Origin: Candidatus Poribacteria bacterium
Lineage (GTDB): Bacteria > Poribacteria > WGA-4E > PCPOR2b
Assembly (NCBI GenBank): GCA_965215015.1
Contig: OZ244042.1
Coordinates: forward strand, 192,001 to 256,000
Reading direction: 5' to 3'
Length of the DNA: 64,000 nucleotides
Positions 60,701 to 64,000 of the stretch are shown piece by piece. The translations under genes and the position numbers were made by a program. Position 1 is the stretch's first letter. Every line of letters begins with the position of its first letter. The notes under the pieces are model-generated. The model did no database searches. It was given only the letters and a program-made list of their open reading frames with translations, and was not told the DNA's origin.

Positions 60701-60762
60701 GGGTTGCATCTAGCGGCACGATTTGGTAACATGATATTGTAAGGAGCGTAGGAAATTAGCTA

Positions 60763-61629
60763 ATGAGCCATTTCACCGTACTGGCAATTACACTCTTGCT
60801 TTTCACCGTTGCTGCTGTCTCCGCATCCGATCCCGTCCTTGACTTCGGTGATCATCTGTTCGCACTGAAAAGCTATGAGGCGGCAATTACGGAATATAAG
60901 CGGTTTCTATTTTTTAATGCCGACCATCCACGGGCAAGTGAGGCGCAGTTCAAAATTGGCTTGGCGTACCGTGCACAGGAATGGTGGGCGGAAGCGGCTG
61001 AAGCGATGATTGGAGCTGTCCAATCGACAATGGAAACCGAACTGCGATCGGAAAGGGGGGTTGAACTCGCTGTAACGCTGATTGCTAGCGGTGCCTATAA
61101 CCTTGCCCTGGTCGAACTCATCAAGGTTGAGATGCAGAGCCTGTCGCCACAATTGCGGCAGCGCGCCCGTTTTTTGCGGGGAGTTGCTTACCTGTACCAG
61201 TTTAAGTGGAAACAGACGCGATCGGTGTTTCAGGCGTATTTCGATGGAATTCCCGGCGCAGCGGGGGCTGCCGCCGAGATTGATACGCTGTTTTTGGCTG
61301 CTATCAATCGTCCTCGGAAATCGGAGAGGACAGCGCGGCTACTTTCTACCTTGCTGCCGGGTTTGGGACAGGCTTACGCTGAAGACTGGAAAAGCGGATT
61401 GAATGCCCTGCTTCTTAATGGAGTGCTCGGTTACCTGACCCTCGACGCTGCAATCGAGCGGGACTACGACGATGCACTGCTTTCGTTTTCTTTTCTCTTT
61501 TACCGCTACTATGCGGGGAATCGCTATCGCGCAGCGCAAGCAGCACAGGCGTTCAACGAACGGGAAAATCGTTGGTACGTTGATAGGATTTTGCAAGCCT
61601 TAGAAACGCAATTTACGACAGGTAAGTAA
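60763..61629 (+). CDS. Secreted TPR protein with C-terminal membrane-associated domain
   Basis: 'AAITEYKRFLFF', TPRs, 'LS.LLPGLGQAY'. Confidence 0.75.
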   Translation: MSHFTVLAITLLLFTVAAVSASDPVLDFGDHLFALKSYEAAITEYKRFLFFNADHPRASEAQFKIGLAYRAQEWWAEAAEAMIGAVQSTMETELRSERGVELAVTLIASGAYNLALVELIKVEMQSLSPQLRQRARFLRGVAYLYQFKWKQTRSVFQAYFDGIPGAAGAAAEIDTLFLAAINRPRKSERTARLLSTLLPGLGQAYAEDWKSGLNALLLNGVLGYLTLDAAIERDYDDALLSFSFLFYRYYAGNRYRAAQAAQAFNERENRWYVDRILQALETQFTTGK

Positions 61630-61634
61630 GGGGA

Positions 61635-62459
61635 ATGAACATGCTCATAGATTCGCACGCCCACATCCAATTGGATAGATTTGATACGGATCGAGAAGCT
61701 GTTTTGGAACGGGCTCAAGAAGCTGGTGTGCAGACGATTTTGGTCATCGGATTTAATCTGGAGACCAGTCGTGGGGCGATTGCCCTTGCGAACAAACATG
61801 AGAGGAAAATTTCCGCTACCAATAAAAAGAATAAGAGGGAGGAAAATTTACCTCTCCAGATCTACGCAACCGTTGGTATACATCCACACGATGCAAAAGA
61901 GTTGGATGACGAAACTGTGCGTATCTTTCGTGACTTTGCAGCCCATCCAAAAGTGGTAGCACTCGGCGAAATGGGCTTGGATTACTACCGCAACATTTCA
62001 CCTCATCCGATTCAGAGGGAAGCGTTTGAGCGTCAATTAGATCTAGCTGAGGAATTGGATCTCCCGATTGTTATTCACAACCGCGAAGCCTATCACCACA
62101 TCCTCCCAATTTTGCAGGCGCGGCGCGGCAGGGTACGCGGTGTGATGCACTGCTTTTCGGGTGATGTTGAAATCATGCACAGGAGTCTTGCGCTCGGATT
62201 TTACATCGGCATTGGCGGTCCGGTAACTTATCGCAAAGCAGACACTTTGCAGGAGGTCGCCCGGAAGGTCCCTGCGGACGCCTTGTTGGTGGAAACAGAT
62301 TGTCCGTGGCTAGCACCACAATTTCGACGTGGGAAACGTAACGAACCGGCGTATGTTCGCGCCACGGCGGAGAAGATTGCCGAACTGCGTGGCATTTCGC
62401 TGGAAGAAATTGGCACAATTACGACACGAAATTTTAAAGATTTGTTTATTGCATCATGA
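61635..62459 (+). CDS. tatD: TatD family nuclease/hydrolase
   Basis: 'DSHAH', 'GIHPH', 'GEMGLDY', 'IHNREA', 'HCFSG', 'ETDCPWL.P...RG.RNEP'. Confidence 0.93.
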   Translation: MNMLIDSHAHIQLDRFDTDREAVLERAQEAGVQTILVIGFNLETSRGAIALANKHERKISATNKKNKREENLPLQIYATVGIHPHDAKELDDETVRIFRDFAAHPKVVALGEMGLDYYRNISPHPIQREAFERQLDLAEELDLPIVIHNREAYHHILPILQARRGRVRGVMHCFSGDVEIMHRSLALGFYIGIGGPVTYRKADTLQEVARKVPADALLVETDCPWLAPQFRRGKRNEPAYVRATAEKIAELRGISLEEIGTITTRNFKDLFIAS

Positions 62460-62549
62460 GTACAATTTAACCCTTGGTATAAGTTTCTTGCAACGTAGAT
62501 GTTATCGCAGACTTAATTCATACCGGACGTTTTAGAGGAGGGTTGTCAG

Positions 62550-63653
62550 ATGAAAATCACAAAGGTCGAGACATTTTTAGTTAAACCCCGTTGGCTCTTT
62601 TTGAAAATTCACACCGACGAGGGTTTGGTAGGGCTTGGGGAACCAATTCTTGAAGGCCGCGCCAAGACCTGTGCACAGGCTGTCGGGGAGCTCACGCCCT
62701 ACCTGATTGGGAAGGATCCACGGCGTGTTGTCCACCACTGGCAGGCAATGTACCGCCACGCCTTCTATCGTGGAGGCCCTATCATGACAAGTGCATTGAG
62801 CGGCGTAGATCAAGCCCTCTGGGATCTTGCCGGAAAATCGCTCGGTGTTCCTGTCTACCAGTTGTTGGGTGGTCCCACACGCGACCGCATCCGTCTGTAC
62901 AAAGGCGGTGGTGATCCGGAAACCATCAAAGAGTGGGTCGCTGAGGGATTCACGGCTTTTAAGACAGGCGTTGCCGGGGGGAGACCCGCCCGGCTAATCG
63001 AATCGAAGGGATTTGTAGACCGCGCTGCTGAACGTTTTGCTGAATTGCGCGAAGCCGCTGGACCTGATGTTGATATTGGTATTGACTTCCACGGGGCAAT
63101 CAGTCCGCAGACAGCGAAATTACTGATTCGTGCGTTGGAGCCTTACCAACCGATGTTTGTCGAGGAGCCGTGTCAATGCCAGAACGTGGATGTGATGGCG
63201 GAGATTGCGCGGGGCACACATTTACCAATTGCCACCGGGGAACGGATTTTCACCAAGTGGGGCTTCCGTGAGATCTTGGAGAAGGGGGCTGCCTCTATCC
63301 TCCAACCAGACCTGTGCCATGCAGGTGGAATCAGCGAAGTCCGAACCATTGCAGGCATGGCGGAAGCATACTATGCAGGCATTGCGCCTCACAATCCACT
63401 GGGCCCAATTTCGCTTGCGGCGTGCATTCAGTTGGATGCATCGATTCCCAACTTCCTCGCACAAGAACACACAACGTTAGGAGAGGGCTACCTCAAGAAT
63501 CCGTTTGTTTTTAAGGATGGTTTTGTGGAGTTACCGACCGGCCCTGGTTTGGGGATTGAGCTGGATGAAGATGCGATGGCTGATAAGATTGACCACGACT
63601 GGCAGAACGCCCAGACCTATGATCCAGATGATGGATCGGTGATCGATTGGTAG
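62550..63653 (+). CDS. dgoD: Galactonate dehydratase
   Basis: 'PRWLFLKIHTDEG..G.GEP.LEGRA', 'FYRGGP..SA.SG.DQALWD', 'DFHG', 'PHNPLGPI', 'DGSV.DW'. Confidence 0.85.
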   Translation: MKITKVETFLVKPRWLFLKIHTDEGLVGLGEPILEGRAKTCAQAVGELTPYLIGKDPRRVVHHWQAMYRHAFYRGGPIMTSALSGVDQALWDLAGKSLGVPVYQLLGGPTRDRIRLYKGGGDPETIKEWVAEGFTAFKTGVAGGRPARLIESKGFVDRAAERFAELREAAGPDVDIGIDFHGAISPQTAKLLIRALEPYQPMFVEEPCQCQNVDVMAEIARGTHLPIATGERIFTKWGFREILEKGAASILQPDLCHAGGISEVRTIAGMAEAYYAGIAPHNPLGPISLAACIQLDASIPNFLAQEHTTLGEGYLKNPFVFKDGFVELPTGPGLGIELDEDAMADKIDHDWQNAQTYDPDDGSVIDW

Positions 63654-63728
63654 TTTGAGTAAGGTGACAGACTCATTCAGTTCCCAATTCCTAACGCGAA
63701 CAGGTAATCAACACTCAGGAGGTGCACA

Positions 63729-64000
63729 ATGCTAACAGCAGAACAGGAATCGTATTTTGACACTTTTGGTTTTCTTTTTATGCAGCAGTATTTTTCGCCG
63801 GAGGAGATGAACGAGATTACCCATGAGTTTGACAAGGTGCTCATCGAAGAGCGCGGCGGCAAGCCTTTCACGGGGGAAGAGCAGAGTACGGCAACCATCG
63901 TTGAGCACAGTTCCTTTTTTACGCAACTTGTCGAGGATGATCGAATCTATAAGATTATTGAACAGTTGATGCCGGGTGAATTTATCTGGTCCGGTTCTGA
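63729..64000 (+). CDS. PhyH-family dioxygenase, 5' part (runs off the window; absent from the ORF track)
   Basis: ATG after AGGAGG; 'MLTAEQESYFDTFGFLFMQQYFSPEE...ERGGKPF...LVEDDRIY..IEQL...FIW.GS' resembles 16537-17388. Confidence 0.75.
   Translation, partial: MLTAEQESYFDTFGFLFMQQYFSPEEMNEITHEFDKVLIEERGGKPFTGEEQSTATIVEHSSFFTQLVEDDRIYKIIEQLMPGEFIWSGS

Noticed and set aside
60713-60730. Third sigma-54 promoter (CGGCACGATTTGGTAA)
   Set aside because: Lacks the GC at -12
906-63926. Numerous short ORFs antisense to or overlapping assigned genes
   Set aside because: Shadow ORFs with no recognisable motifs

Overview
Bacterial chromosomal window, most consistent with Candidatus Poribacteria. This is an inference from exported proteins ending in 'LLQN(Y/F)PNPFNPETWIP...TR(K/R)M(I/V)IxK' domains, a 'VEPxxKxxTTWxxxK' C-terminal motif, three PhyH genes and abundant GTAG-type REPs. 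Housekeeping content is rnpA-yidD-yidC-jag-mnmE (no rpmH in front), argH, tatD and dgoD, plus enolase-superfamily, PhyH, MlrC and methyltransferase genes, a triple tandem array of CBM9-like/DUF5916 outer-membrane proteins and an ABC/DUF1854 pair. Four items stand out. (1) A ~15-kb locus (36.3-51.1 kb) with sigma-54 -24/-12 motifs at both ends encodes secreted beta-propeller proteins, a PorV-like barrel fused to a Cys-His-Glu transglutaminase-like domain, an adjacent FecR-like protein carrying an apparently inactive copy of that domain, a CHASE2 kinase, an NtrC-like regulator with a non-canonical GAFTGA loop and an alternative sigma-70. (2) An unannotated UxxC thioredoxin-TPR selenoprotein, split at UGA in the ORF track, has a SECIS-like hairpin. 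(3) Exact 29-bp inverted repeats with dif/lox-like ATAA-N6-TTAT architecture flank two paralogous FG-GAP surface-protein genes. (4) Two tnpB-deleted IS200/IS605 remnants keep omegaRNA-like right ends. No rRNA, tRNA or CRISPR array was seen.
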